A DNA stretch of 64,000 nucleotides from Antedon mediterranea (GCF_964355755.1 NC_092673.1:29447648-29511647), one strand, 5' to 3'; shown: positions 1 to 14,500, counted from the stretch's first letter. A program made the numbers and translations. The notes: a model not told the origin generated them from the sequence alone.

Positions 1-763
1 GGTTGCACCCTCTGTATTATAACAGTTAATAACTATAATATTATTGGGGGTGCAATATATTACGGGCTGTCCTAGAATATTTTTTTTTTTTTTATATGTG
101 AACTTTATTCAATCAATCGTACATTTGTTATAATGGTAACCACAATAAGGTATAATATTACAGTAGATTTTTACAAACAAAAAAAACAAGACCAATATAA
201 ATATAAATTATAAAATATATACAATGATTATTTACAGTAATGATAAAAATAAAAATTAATTGTTTACATTGACTATTATTGGAAACAGAAGTTGAATAAT
301 AAAATACTGGAAAGTTTAGTTAGAGGTTTACAATCAATGGAAAAGATGAAAACATATAATATTGTAAGTATTAAAAGTAGCATTGTTTAGGGAGATTACT
401 GTATATTGGCAACGGCCTACAGTTGAACATGGTTTTATGCAAAAGTTATATATTGATTGATTGAATCGGGCATCACTATAAGCAAAGCTTTAAAATGTGA
501 TGTCCTATGTAAGAATTAAAAATTGGAAAAATTAAATAAATAAATAAATTACAATAAAAACAATAACAATTAGTAAATATATATGTAAACAATAGAGACA
601 ATAAGCAATAATCATAAATGACAGTTGAATATAAATATATATATATATATTATTATACATGTAATAACAATTTCAAAAATATGACCAGAATAGATCATTC
701 ATAGAAAAAAGAAAAAAAGAAATCGATAATGAAAAATATTTTGTTCATAATACGTTGTGATTT

Positions 764-3736
764 TAGGTATTAGAATATTTTTTGAGGAGATTAGTATGAA
801 TTGTTTTTTTAAATAGTCCTACTCTTGATTTCTCTTACTGAGTTTTCAAGGCTATTCCATGTCTTGGCACCCCTATAGCATATACTTTGTTGTCCTATTT
901 TGGTTCTTTTTAGTACAGTGGTATAGTTTTTTTTATTCCTGGTATCATAATTATGTGTTGATTCAATTGTTTGAAAGTAAGTGTCAAACGTAATTGGGAG
1001 CTGTTTATTATAAAATTGGAAGAGTAGTATTGCCATATGTTTTTCATAAAGATCGAATATATTTAATGTGTTGGTTTGTATAAATAGCGGTTGGGAAGGA
1101 TGTTGATAGTGGACTTTGCATATAATTCGTAGTGCTTTTTTCTAGAGGATGTGAAGTCGGTTTAATTTACTTGGTCCGAAAGAGCCCCATACTACTATTG
1201 CATACGTTAAATGGGGAAGGATTATAGATTTATAAATTTGCAATAGAGTCATATATGGTAAAAAATACTTTAATTTATTCAGAATTCCTATTATCTTTGA
1301 AACTTTGTTTGCAATGCCATCAATATGGGTACAGAAGGACAAAAATTTGTCTAAGGTAACTCCTAAGAATTTGATATGGGTTACCTCTTCGAGTGTGGTG
1401 TTATTTACGTATAGTTGCATGTCTGTGAAGTCGGTTAAATTCTGGCGCCCTCTAAAGATTATATATTTAGTTTTATTTGTATTAATTGAGAGTTTGTTAG
1501 CTCTAAACCAAGTGGTTAGTCGTTGTAATTCGCAGTTTAGTATATTACATGCAACTATGGGGTCATTATGTTTGAGGAATATGTTTGTATCGTCCGCGAA
1601 TATGATAAGTTCGACAACTTTGCTTACACAAAATATGTCATTTATAAATAACAAAAATAGCAATGGGCCAATGATAGATCCCTGTGGAACACCAACTTTT
1701 ACTTCTCTTTTTATTGATTTGTGTGCTTCAATAGTAACATACTGAGTTCTGTGGTTTAGGTAACTCCTGAACCAGTCTAACACAATACCACGTATGCCAT
1801 AGCATTCCATTTTATTGATTAGAATTCTATGATCGATCGTATCGAAAGCTTTCGACAGATCTAGGAAAACACCTATAATGAATGAGTTGTTATCAATTGC
1901 TGATGTTATTTTTTCTAGTGTGTGTAGTAGAGCATGTGCAGTTGAATGTTTTTGTCGGAATCCATATTGAGATTGATTTATTATGTTGTATTTATTAAGG
2001 TATGAAATGGTTTGGTCGTAGACAACTCTTTCATATATTTTAGAAAGACATGGTAAGATTGATATGGGTCGATAATTATTAAGGTTTTGCCTATCGCCAC
2101 TTTTAAAAACAGGTATAGTTTTGGCACATTTTAGTTCATCAGGGAATCGGCCAGTGGCGAGTGAAACGTTTATTAAGTGTGAAATAGGTTTTGTAAGGTA
2201 GACGGAATTGTACTTGATATAGTGAGCACTGATATCATCGTGACCTGGTGTTTTATCTGTTTCTAATTTATTAATGTATGTCATTATTTCGTATTCTGTT
2301 GTGGGTCTGAAATACATAGAATTAAGGTAGTTACCAGTCAAATATGACGTTGGATCAATGGCAGGGTTGTTATCATGGTTAATTTTGTCAGCTAATTGTT
2401 TCCCAATATTAATAAAGTAAGAATTGAATGCATCGGATTTTGTTTCTGGGTTAGTGTATGTCTCTGTCACATGTTTTAGGTTTGATGGCAGTTTGGATTT
2501 TTTCTTCCTACCTAAAAGTTGATTAATGGCATTCCACGTTTCTTTCATATTATTTTTATTTTTTTCAAATTTATTAAAATAGTATTCCTTTTTTCGTTTT
2601 CTAATAATATTGGTAAGTACGTTTCTATAGTTTGTATATTTAGATTTATTTATGTTTGTCGGTCTACGTTTGTATTTGCTATATAATTTGTTTCTAGTAA
2701 CAATTGACTTAGCAATTGATTCCGTTATCCAAGGAGATTGAAGTTTATTAGCTTTGAGTTTTATCTTTTTTATTGGAAAGCATATATTAACTAATGATTG
2801 CAGAGTTGTGGAAAAATGTCGATATGCTTTGTTTGCGTCATTTGATTCTAGGACATCCTGCCATTGTTGATTTGCAAGTTCATGCTTAAAATGATCAATG
2901 TTGTACTGTTTGTTTTCGCGTTTATAACAGTATACGTTGTTATGATAATGGTGAGTTTCGGATGTGTTTATGCAGAATATTGGAAGGTGGTTGGATATAT
3001 CCGAATATATGATACCAGTGTTTATGTTATTTGTTAGATGGGAATTGTAGAGAATATTATCTATTATGGAAGCAGAGTTTTCTGTTATTCTTGTGGGCTT
3101 ATTAATAAGAAAAGTGAAGGACTGGGACTGGATATTGTCAAGGTGGGATTCGATGTTTTTGTCTCTCATGTGTTGGCTAATGTCTAAGTTCATATCACCA
3201 GTAATGTATGCTAGCTTATTTTCTTTGTTAATCATCTGCATGACTATTGACAACTGATTGTTGAAAGTTTGTACATTTGTATCAGGGGGCCTATATATTA
3301 CTCCGCAAGATATTGTTTTATTTTCTATTTTAACATCAATAAATATAGATTCTCCTTCGGTCAGTATTGAAGCGAGGTCATTTCGCATCTCGTAACTAAC
3401 TGATAGATAGAGAGCAACTCCTCCTCCTCTTCGTCCTATCCTATCTTTATGAATAAATGTATATTTTGGTATTTCGTACAGTGATGTTGTAGAATTTGGA
3501 GAAATCCATGTTTCTTCTAGGGCAATAATTGAAAAGGAGTGATTTATTGAATTAATCAGATTCAAAATATCATCGAATTTGTTGACCATGCTACGGCAGT
3601 TCAGGCTTAGAATGGAGAAGTGATTGGCATGTATCGAGTTCTTAAAACTTAGATTAAAATCGTTTATCTGGTAATATTTAGTTTCTTCAATATTGATATC
3701 ATCATTAGGGTTAATGTCATTTAAGTTAAATATCAT
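764..3736 (-). pseudogene. LINE ORF2 (AP endonuclease plus reverse transcriptase), interrupted
   Basis: APE motifs LSLNCRS, ETW, GGGVALY, GDMN, PTR, IDNI and SNH (canonical SDH). RT motifs YRPISILP, QYGFR, FLDLSKAFD, GVPQGS, FADD and FLGV. An in-frame TAG at 1142-1144 (LHIL*KKALRIIC) reads on into ORF 809-1036. A frameshift near 811-822 precedes the typical terminus LFKKTIHTNLLKKY. Confidence 0.9.
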
Positions 3737-4408
3737 AATGCAATTTTTAAGTTTAAAAAAGAATGGTCAGAGAAAAGATTTAAAAAAAAACAACAACAAA
3801 AAACAGAATAATTAAGATAACTAATTTATCTATAATCAGGTCAACCGAACAATTTGGTTGCTCCGTCATATTATTAGTATACATATATTTCGCTAAGTAA
3901 AACAATTGAGTGCGAAATGTGTAAACACAGTGATAAATCTTAATTACAGCACTAATCCTATTTTCACCCACCCTCAACTCCACCATCCCCCAAAGACCCA
4001 CCATCCCCCAACCCCTCCATCCCCCAACCCCTCCCCACCCACCCACATCGTTCCAATTTTATCCCATTCTTAATCCAAATCATAATACTTAATAGTGTGT
4101 GAATGAAAGCAATAGGAATTGAGTTTTTCACTACTTGATTCAAAAACAATAGGCAAAGTATGTGACACGCAACACAGCAACAGATTACGTAACATGGTAT
4201 TTAAGTCAGTGTGCCAATTCTTTCACCTGTTAATGTTTAGGTTATGTAAACACATAATCGCGATCGTGTTGATGTTTCAATTCCGTACAGTTTGAATTCT
4301 CCTAGTGGATACAATAAGTGGTACCCATTTTCTGCATATGGTTTAATGCAGGCAGGATATAGTCACAAATTGAATTCAATTAAAAACAAACGAACGAAAA
4401 TAAAGAAG

Positions 4409-5167
4409 TTATGTATACATTTTACCGTTAATGTAAAGGTTGCCATTTCTGAAGACAGTCTTTTTACCTTCTTCATACGCTTTCTTCATAACTTCTCGCA
4501 GGCCTCGCTTTTTGATAATATCTGCTACTGGCATATCTTCTAGTACAAACATCTCGGAATTTTTCATAATCGACTTAGCTCTTCTGAGTACTTCAAATCT
4601 CTGTGGTCGATATATAAATTTAACAATGATATGTCTTGGCTTACCACTTATTGTTGATGGTTTTCCTGTGCGATGAGCCGTTTCAATGACGATGTCGTTT
4701 AGGTTGAGTGTTTTATTTAGTAATTCCTTAATCTTTTTTGTTGCATCTTCGTTTGGTTCCTCAGTTATCCCACCAAATCTCAGGTTAAAACTCCTTGAAT
4801 ACCGTTCAAGATTCAGAATATCATTTTGTATACTGGTAATTTTTTTCTTTTCTGTTTCAAGTGTTGTTGAAATATCTTTCATTTCGCTATCATACGTTGT
4901 TACTTTCTTTTCAAGATCGTTGATTGAATCGGAGGTAAAAGTAATGGATTTCTCCATATCTAATTGTTTTGCCTCCATTGAGTCAATTCTATTCATAATT
5001 GAGGTTTGATTTTTAAGTACGGAGTCTAGTTTTGTTTGCATTTCAGTTGTTAGCGTTTTAATCTCCCGCCTTAATAACTGGATTTCGCTGGTTTCTTCGG
5101 TGGGTGTCGCCTGGGTCGTTGAGGTGTCCGGAGGGGTACGTTCAGTTTGGTCCTTTTTTCTGACCAT
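4409..5167 (-). CDS. LINE ORF1 protein (coiled coil plus L1-ORF1p/Transposase_22-like RRM and C-terminal domain)
   Basis: Intact 252-aa ORF with a heptad-rich N-terminal half, then LERYSRSFNLRFGGITEE...IETAHRTGK...PRHIIVKF...VLEDMP...GNLYING, typical of L1-type ORF1p. Confidence 0.85.
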   Translation of the reverse strand: MVRKKDQTERTPPDTSTTQATPTEETSEIQLLRREIKTLTTEMQTKLDSVLKNQTSIMNRIDSMEAKQLDMEKSITFTSDSINDLEKKVTTYDSEMKDISTTLETEKKKITSIQNDILNLERYSRSFNLRFGGITEEPNEDATKKIKELLNKTLNLNDIVIETAHRTGKPSTISGKPRHIIVKFIYRPQRFEVLRRAKSIMKNSEMFVLEDMPVADIIKKRGLREVMKKAYEEGKKTVFRNGNLYINGKMYT

Positions 5168-5385
5168 TTTCTTAGTTTTAGATCAAAAGACGATGACAGC
5201 ATTAACCAAATTGTAATACTCACTTATTTAGCACAGTTGTCTTATGGCTATTTTTGGCAAAACCTTACTTTATTTTTAATGAAGACGGAGCACTGTTTAT
5301 ACGGTTGCTAACTCATGATGCGCCCTCAAGCCCTTAGTCTCTGTATTATCAGTGACAATGACAACTCCTTTTTTTTATTTTGCAG

Positions 5386-5520
5386 AAGCAGTCGTAGCAC
5401 AAGACTTGTGTGAAGAACGCCCATGTCAAAATTATGGTGTTTGTGATTATGATTCATCAACACACACGTATACATGCGACTGTCGTGGAACGGGTCACGT
5501 AGGAGAAAACTGTACATTAC
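5386..5520 (+). CDS. Exon: probable signal-peptide end plus EGF-like domain 1
   Basis: ttttgcag|...|gtaagt. Encodes AVVAQDLCEERPCQNYGVC...YTCDCRGTGHVGENC (6-Cys EGF). VVA|QD resembles a signal-peptidase site, so the ATG exon is probably upstream of the window. Confidence 0.85.
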
Positions 5521-8500
5521 GTAAGTGTTTACAACTATAACAAAACGAAATAAAATATAATAGACTTAAGCTCTGTCTACACTATCACACTTTATGTGAC
5601 AACAAAATGTGATGTGCCCATATATGGACATCATGATGTCATATTAGTACCATAAGTAGGAATATCACTATAATATTACTTGGGCATATCATACTTTTTT
5701 TGTCAAACTAATTTGATAGTGTAGACAGAGCTTTAGGAAAAGAAGCAATCATTCGAAATCATTTCATAATGTGAATCCGGACTTCCATTGACAACGACAT
5801 TTCTATTTTAAATTGTCAGATTGTGCAGTAATAATCAACATTATATATAAAAAATTATATAAGTATAAATATTGTTTAAACAATCAACGAGGAAGGAAAA
5901 TTCCTACCTGATTCGACATTTAGCAAAAAGAGCGGCCATCACAACAATAAAGGATTATTTTGTTTTTGTACATTGTACTTCTTATTACTATATTACTATC
6001 TGTTTCACGTTGTTATTCATTTCGTCATTTTAGCAAATTCGTGTTCACCAAATCCTTGCGAAAATAATGGAGTGTGTAACATAACGGCAGCGGATTTCTC
6101 AACTTACGAATGTCTATGCCCTGGAACAGGTTATATTGGCACAGACTGCGAAATAGGTAAGTTTGTCTTTTTCTTTTATATATTTCTAATGCAATAACAA
6201 CTAAATGTTTACATAAACCTTTTTTTCTTATTAACACAGTAGCTAAAACAAACCGCAAAACTTGTTTGCCCAATATTATAGTGATATGACATCATCATGT
6301 CTATATATGTGCACATCACATTTTCTTGTCACATAAAGTTTGATAGTGTGGACAGAGCTTTAACCTTGATTTCCACGTTGAAGCAATGAAATGACGTACC
6401 TGTAAGCTCTCTGGGAGTAATTTGACCAATCACGACACGATGGATCATCAGAAATATCGCTTGTGGTTGGTCAACTTCTTGTGTTTTGCTTAAGTTGTTG
6501 CGTTACGTTAGTGGTAAGCATGGGGACTATTCACAATACCAATGTATCTTCTGTAATTGATGTTAATGTATATTATACCCACGCTTAACAAAAAAGAATG
6601 TAATTTTGTTTTGTATACAGATGACCCGTGCTCACCAAGTCCTTGTGAAAACAATGGGGTTTGTAGCTACAACTCAACAGACTACAGCTTTATGTGTAAT
6701 TGTGCTGGCACCGGTTACACTGGAAACATATGTGACGAAAGTATGTAATGATTGACTTTTTTATGCAATTTGTCAAATATGTAATCTTAAAGGGCAACAT
6801 AAGCACGTAAGCGCAACCTAAGCACGTAAGCGCAACCTAAGCACGTAAGCGCAACCTATGCACGTAAGCGCAACCTAAGCACGTAAGCGCAACCTAAGCA
6901 CGTAAGCGCAACATAAACACGTAAGCGCAATATAAGCACGTAAGCGTAACCTAGGCACGTAAGCGCAACCTAGGCACGTAAGCGCAACCTAATCACGTAT
7001 TAGCAACCTAAGCAAGTGCAACGAAAGTACTACTGTGATTTGACCATCATTTCAAAACATCAGTGCCTTATAATGTAACATCAAATAAAAGTAAATTTTA
7101 ACCCATGCCTATAATATGTTACCGATATTTTATGTTATTGCAGATGACCCCTGCTCTCCCAATATGTGTGATAATGGAGGTGTTTGCACTGCTACGAACA
7201 CAACAGAATTTGATTGTGATTGCTCTGGCACAGGAGCGAATGGAGAACTTTGTAATGAAAGTAGGAAAATGGAAAATTCTTCAATATATTGTTTTACAGG
7301 GGCACGCATTGTTCATATAATAGCATAATGTATTCAGGAGACTAATTCTTACGTCACACCTAATGGATATGACTAATGGATATTCATGTTTATTTTGTGA
7401 CGTCTCGCGTACTTATGTACGAAATATCGCGGGCGGGGCGGGCCCGTTTCTACTGAGCAATAGAATACGGATTTAAATACCGTACATTTTGAAATAGGCC
7501 TAACGGTACTTGGTAACAAAAACGGGTCCACATAAAAAGAACACATTTTAAATACTGGTTTAAAAACCCCAATTGATTCCGGTCTCGACCCATCGGTTTT
7601 AAAAACGTGTCGTATATTTTGCATCGTATTTTTCAAACATTAGAAATTGAAGGGGCCGAGTAAGGAGTAATATTATTGTAATTGTATTTAACTAATGCGG
7701 GTAGCTTTGCGTCAGGGAGTTGAGTAATTGGTCAGATGTTATATTATTAATTAACATATATTATATTATTTATTTTTATTACTGACTAATGAATTTTTGT
7801 TACATTACAGATGACCCGTGCTCTCCTTCCCCATGTAACAACGGTGGTGTTTGTACCACTTTCAACACAACAGAGTATACGTGTAATTGCGTAGGTTCAG
7901 GATTTCAAGGAGATCGTTGCGATCAGGGTAAGTAAATAATCAATATAGTTGACTGAAATGGATGAGTAAAACGCCTTTCTCAAAATAATTTGAAAAGTGT
8001 ATACTGAGGCCCAAATGCTTCCACATATTCTTTTACGACAGGTATATCTTTTCTTTACTCAGTTATTTTCGCCGATGTTATGTTTGTCCATGTGCAATGT
8101 ATCGGGTGTCGTATCGAGATGTATCGAGAAAAACTCGAAAACAGAGACACCCTATATAACGTAATATTGAGACGTTTTAGTGGGGGTCTCTGTTTTCGAG
8201 ATTTTCTCGAAAACAGAGACCCTGGGTCTCGGGTCTCTGGTCTCTGTTTTCGAGGTCTCTGTTTTCGAGACACCCGCAATGTATCGCAAAAAAGTCTTCA
8301 TTACATACTATTATATAGACAACTTTATGGACAGAATAATAATATGTTCTAGGTGGAGAGGGTTACTTTTTATTTTTACCGAACTTCTGCAGATCGATTA
8401 ATATAAATTAGGTCACATTTGGACATATAAAGGCTAGGTTTCACGAGTCCGTAGGCGCACGCCACGCATACTAACGCAAACCAAATTACATTAGGCCTAC

Positions 8501-11500
8501 CTTACACATCTGCCACAATTGTGGAAACCGACAATGTAAGAAAAAAATGAATTGTTTGCATCACTAATAACGATATGTGCCAAAAGACCAATACATAAGT
8601 AAAAGTAAACAAATTAGTTATGTCCGTCCTGGCGTTCCATACATTAGACCCGGGTTAATCGAACACAAAAACTCATCTAGCTAGAAATCAGTGCATTAAA
8701 AAAGCACATTCAGGCTTAGACTAGTAGGCCTAGGTTTTATTTAGTTAGTTAGAGATTTAGGACAGGTGGAAAGCTATATTTAAGATATAAAATAATGATA
8801 ATTATGCCGCCAATAATGCCTTAACACTGATAATAATGCAACATGTCACTGTGGCCGCTAGAGTTAGGCCCTGTTTCATTGTTTATTAGGCCATAATGTG
8901 ACTACAAATGGTGTTTATCTTCCTGCTCTTTCCTTGGTGGAATTGTGTGGCGGTGGGTGTACCCAAAGAATATTCTTTGGTGTACCCTAGGTTGGTATGA
9001 AGTGTCAATGTATGACGTGCCATATTCCCTGTACAGAATATCCTGGCGTCTATGATACGTATAGCGTCATATTTTTTCTCAATACTATATTGTAATTTAG
9101 TTTTCAATTGTTTTATAATGATTATTAATTACATCATATTCTGAGTCTGATTTTGTAATATGTAAGTAAGTGTCCATTTTTTTTTTCTTGGTGAAAAGGA
9201 AGTGTATTTTATATTCCTCCCCTGAATTTAATAGCCTCTAGCATGATTTTATCATCTATTTATTGCCATGTTTTTAAATTATATATATATATTTTTTTTA
9301 AATTGTAAACCCACGCAAGAAAAAAAAGTATTTTAGTTAACAATAATGAATGACTTTATTTTTTTTATTTGTAGGCCTAATTCTATCTGGTTTTTCTACA
9401 AATAAATAGATCTCTATTTTGTTTTCTCTGCAGCTGACCCTTGCTCCCCGTCACCCTGTATGAATGGGGGTGAATGTATGGATGAAGGAGGTGGCAACTA
9501 CACATGTGATTGTAGTAACACCAACTACTATGGTGATGATTGTGAAACATGTAAGTGCTACCTGCCATCTCTCGCGCATAATGCGTGTACAGTATGCATG
9601 AGTCTCGTGCAAGTCTGCCCATGAGTCTCATGCATGAGGGCTGTTATTTTTGGTCTCGCCTATTTCTTGAACATCCATAAAATTATTCAGAAAAAAACAT
9701 AAAAGAAAAAATTTAACTTGCCTATTTTGAAGAAAAAATAACATAGGCCTTGTTATCAATAAATTTAAACATAGATTAGCCAAAGCCTGGTGTTTATTTA
9801 AAATGGATACAGGGTTAGATCCAAGACACAACTTTAATTGCGCTGACTACTAGCTGCCTTATGGGAGTATGTTTTCATATGTGTTTGCTCCAAAAAATGA
9901 TCAGAGTATTATATGTGCAGCGCATTGTATTTTATGCTTGATCGCCTAACTACTCCATGGAAAATTCAACATAAAGGATGCAGTTTTTTGCAATTATATT
10001 GAGTTATTGCACTTTTTTCAATTATTGTCTCGTGCATTGGCCATTGAAAAAGTTAATGATAAAGTTTCTCTTGTACTTAATTTTCAGTTAACCCTTGCTC
10101 TGGAGCTGCATGTATGAATGGTGGGACTTGCAATGATCTAGGAAATGGCAACTTCACTTGTAATTGCACAAGTGTCTATGAGGGAGCAACATGTGAAACT
10201 TGTAAGTTGAACACAGTAATATTATACCTTGTCTGTTTTTGAGGTATTTATCCAATCAAAAATTCAAGCGGCTTTATATGTGTCCTAGCATTTTGTCAGA
10301 ACATTTTTCTTGCCAACTAATAATGAAATCATTTAAATGATATTTAATTCAGTTGTGTTATAAAAAACATAAATGTTTTGTAATACTTTGTATTATTTTC
10401 GTGACTCGACTCCACCTCGTTGAGCGGTAAATCTTTCAACACATGAAAATATTCACACAAGATTATTTATTTTTATAATGTAATATTTTTTTTATTATTT
10501 TTCATAATATGTAATTGACCTAATTTTTTTTTTCATAATATGTAATTGAGTGTAATATTGTTTATTTTTTAGATAATCCCTGTTTATTGGAGCCTTGTGA
10601 GAATGGTGAATGTTATATTCTTATGAATGTTGCAACTTGTAATTGCACAGGAACTGGCTATGATGGCACTGCGTGTGAACAAGGTATATTTAATACAGTG
10701 GCAGGCTTACAGTAGCTTAGTCTAGGCGTAGGCCTAGCCTCACATAATAGCAGATTTACAGTATGTGTTAACTTTTCATTATTATTTGCTTGGTTCCACA
10801 ATGGACACAACCCAGATATGTAAGCTTGCCGTGAGTAATGTTATCAATCACAACACGCTTGTGATTGGTCAACTCACTTGCTTCTAAATGGAAGCTTTAA
10901 TATTTCAGACTCTTTAGTGTGGACGCCTGTATTAGAATTGTATCTTGGAGATGCTTAGATTATTGGGAATGGTATGCAATCTGTGATGAGGAGAAAAAAA
11001 TAAGTGTACTATAAAACAAAGAAAGCCTGTCTCAGATGTTCTTGGTTGTATTTACAAACTGTTTTTATTTTCATTTAGATGTTGAGGATCCTGTGTTAAT
11101 ATGCCCCGGCCCATACTCGTACAACACACCACTAGGAGAAGCCAATATCACACTAGAAGATTTTGCAGTTAATGTAACAGTGTCTGATAATTCTGGAGAA
11201 ACCCTAAGTACTACATCAGACTTTCCTGCTAATGGTGTGTTTGTAATTGGAGAAACAACAATTACTTACGAAGCTCAAGATTCCACTGGTAACATGGGGT
11301 CATGCAGTGTTGTTGTTACTATATATGGTAAAATGTTTTAATTCTAATTATAAAAACCAAGATAAATATCTCACTGATAAACAATGAAACTTTTTAATCC
11401 AGAAACCCATACATTTTTACAAAATTGTTAAAAAACCTTCTTTATTAAGAATTAAATGACGATATGGAATGAAAAATGAAATAGATCTACTTCAGTTTCC

Positions 11501-14500
11501 TTCAAATGCTCTACAGACCATCTACCTAAAAGGGGATAGGATTGTAGAAAGCTATACATTTGTCACAAAATTAGGGTAGAGTTTAAAAATAATTATTTTT
11601 GGGGGATCTACCTCTTTTTTTACTTATTTTACCCTATTCTACCTTTTCACATCTGCATAAAATTGTTACAACTTGTTATAAGTTGTAATTAGGTTTGATC
11701 TCCTGACTTATTACATGTTTTCACACACGCATACGTGAAAAGAATCGCGCTATTTGATTACTATGATTGGTCAGTTAATACCAGGGCAATACATTACATT
11801 AAGAACTCGGAACATCTTGGAACAAAAACACAGGCCTCTTGTTGGTGTGTTTTTCTTCTAAGATTTCACAAGGGACCACTGTGAAATCATAGGAGATTTT
11901 CCACAAAATTGTCTTCACACTATGCAAACCTGGTTACAACTTGTTACAAGTTGTTACATTTTGCAGATGTGAAAAGGGTATAAGTAACCAAATTACCCTT
12001 CTTCAACTAAAGATATCCCTTCTAATGTTATACAATTGTTCTTTACAGATATGGAAAGTCCAGATATCACATGTCCATCGTCAGACACAGTAACAACCGA
12101 TGACGGTTTACCTGGAGCAGAGTATAACTACACAGTGTTGGTAGAGGATAATTCAAATGAAGTGATACCACCTGTGTGCTCTCTGTTATCTGGGTCACTG
12201 TTTCCAATCGGTGAAAACATGGTCATGTGTAATGCCACAGATTCATCTAATAACAATGCTTATTGTAACTTTACTATCACAGTTGAAGGTATGCAGCAAT
12301 ACAGATATTTTATTATCATAAAAACCAAACCTGTCATTATGGTGTATAACATCCTTGTTTGCGAAAAAGAAATATTTATTTTTAAATTTTGTAATTGTAT
12401 GAATGCGCCATCGCAAGTGTCTAAATTCATTCATTCATTTATTGATATCTATAATCTATAAATATACTTTTGTATTCGCTAGTAAACCTTTGTTGTTGCA
12501 AAAAAATCTCGCTAGCATATTGAGCAACCAAACACCAAGCAAGAAAATTAATTTAATTCTACAAAAAGTAGAATTTACAGGGATCAAACCTCAAGTACTT
12601 CTGCTAGACTAAAAAGTACAACCAGCACACATTTGCTAGTTTTTGAAGTTTATACAATTATGATGAATATACTAGAACTAGAACGGACATTTTGAGCTTA
12701 GAATTTCGTCTTCTTTTTTATTTTGTCAATTATGATAATTATATTCAATTAATTCTGATTATTACAGATGAAGAAGATCCGCTTATTACATGCCCTAGTG
12801 ACATTTATCTACTGAGCGACGTTGGAGTTAAAACACTGAATGTAACTTGGGATCCAGTTAATGCAACTGATAATTCAGGAATGGTTACCTTTACAAATGA
12901 ATACAACAGTGGTGATGCTTTCCCTGTTGGTACAACTGAAGTTATTTTTTATGTCGACGACCCTTCTGGAAACACAAATAATTGTTCATTTGATGTCCTA
13001 ATTAGAGGTAAGAGCAGCAGAATTTGAAGTCGCTATTTCCAATAAATGAATAGCATTCATTCATATTTTTAATTCTAATGTAAGACGATAATTTTTAAAT
13101 AGTTTTATATTTTTAACAGTTTTTTTTTATTTTTAACTTTTTATCTTGTATTCAATCTGTTATAATACTGCACGTTTTAAATTGTTGCAACATTTTTTAT
13201 TTTTGTTTTTTATTGTTGTTTTAATCTACCAAGCAAAGTGAATTTCCATTTTTATGGACAAATAAAATTTCTTGAATCTTGAATCTTTCGAGACGAGTAA
13301 GGCTGGTGTACTATTTCACACACAGCCACTGTCACAAAGTCATCATATAATATACTGGGTCCTCTGGGAGAACAGTTTTTGACTGAAGAGGCTACCCAGT
13401 ATAAAGAATAAATAATAACAAATAATAAAGTTACAAATAAAAACAATTAGGTAGGCCTACTATTAATGCCATCGCTGCCACCACGCCAGTGTTGAGGACA
13501 GTGCTCTACACATGGTAATCACACGAGAGACACGGGCATGACTATAAGGATCAACTTTTAATAACTCTTTCTGTAATATATCAACCGTAATGGTAATTAC
13601 AACTAGATAACAGCAAACATAAGAATGGTGCGCGTAAAGAGCGACATTGGTGTAGTGCTCAATTCACCACCCAAAAGGACTCCACCAGAAAGAAAGTCTG
13701 AGGAAAAAATAATAAGAAACAAGGTATACTTTATTAACTCAAATTCAAATGTCAAGCTAGCAGCTAATGTGTTGTGTTTTTTTTTAGCTAAAAAGACATA
13801 TTCAATTACTATGACATTCTATGAAATCAATGGAAATAATTACACATTCACCGATGCTCTGAACAATCAAACATCCGACACCTATATGAATTTGGAGAAT
13901 AGTGTGTGTGAATCTGTAAGTTTTTATTTATATTTTAAAATGAAATATAATGTACTGCAGTCTTTTTGTTTTACAAGAGTCATCTAATAATAATATTTAT
14001 TTGCTTGTTTCGACTTTTCATATCATTTTTTTTGTTTTCATTTATTTCCTATTATATGTGTTCTTGTTATACTGTAACATATGGTGAAAGTCAATAAATG
14101 AATTGGGATAGACACTTGCGATGGTGTCTTCATACAAGAATAGAAAATTTAAAAATAAATACTTATACAAAAAAAAGGGAAAAGAAAATTTGATTATTAT
14201 AGAGATGCAGTTCAACTTGGTCAGGGTGTAAGAACAACAAGTTAAGTTTAAACTCTCTTAAGTGTAAATCAATGCAATTGACTAGATTAACTCGGCATAG
14301 TAACAACTGCAGTGCATATTACACTTTTTTAAAGTACCTGTTAACTTTTGTTTTCTAGGTTTCTCACCTAAACCCAGATATGTGTACAGTAACGGACTTC
14401 ACAAGCGGTTCAGTTGTTGCTGACTTTACACTTGATTTTGAGCCAGATAATACTCTAGACTCTGTTGAGGCAATAGAGAACGCTGTTGAAACTAATTTTA

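Larger units (their letters stand above)
79..5327 (-). mobile_element. Full-length non-LTR retrotransposon (CR1/L2 group, Crack/Daphne-like), antisense within an intron of the host gene; defective copy
   Basis: Minus strand reads 5'UTR (~5168-5327), ORF1 (4409-5167), ~670-bp spacer, ORF2 with APE endonuclease and RT, AT-rich 3'UTR, then AATAAA followed by poly(A) (T-run at ~80-93). No clear target-site duplication. Clade assignment comes from motif recollection, not a search. Confidence 0.9.

Noticed and set aside
1305-5009. Plus-strand ORFs 1305-1745, 3066-3257, 4292-4543, 4440-4676, 4686-5009 and spacer ORFs 3780-4149
   Set aside because: These are antisense to the LINE ORFs or low-complexity translations of the G-tract, with no recognisable motifs.
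10-5349. ctctgtattat at 10-20 and 5339-5349 as a LINE target-site duplication
   Set aside because: The left copy is ~60 bp from the poly(A) end and not flush with either terminus. An 11-bp AT-rich match may be chance.
5352-5385. Start codon of the host gene immediately before EGF1
   Set aside because: The upstream in-frame residues (TPFFYFA) are the translated polypyrimidine tract and acceptor. The true first exon is probably upstream of the window.
7330-7720. CpG/GC-box-rich patch as an internal promoter
   Set aside because: A single GGGCGGGGCGGG in an intron, more likely a TE fragment. No termini or transcript evidence to support either reading.
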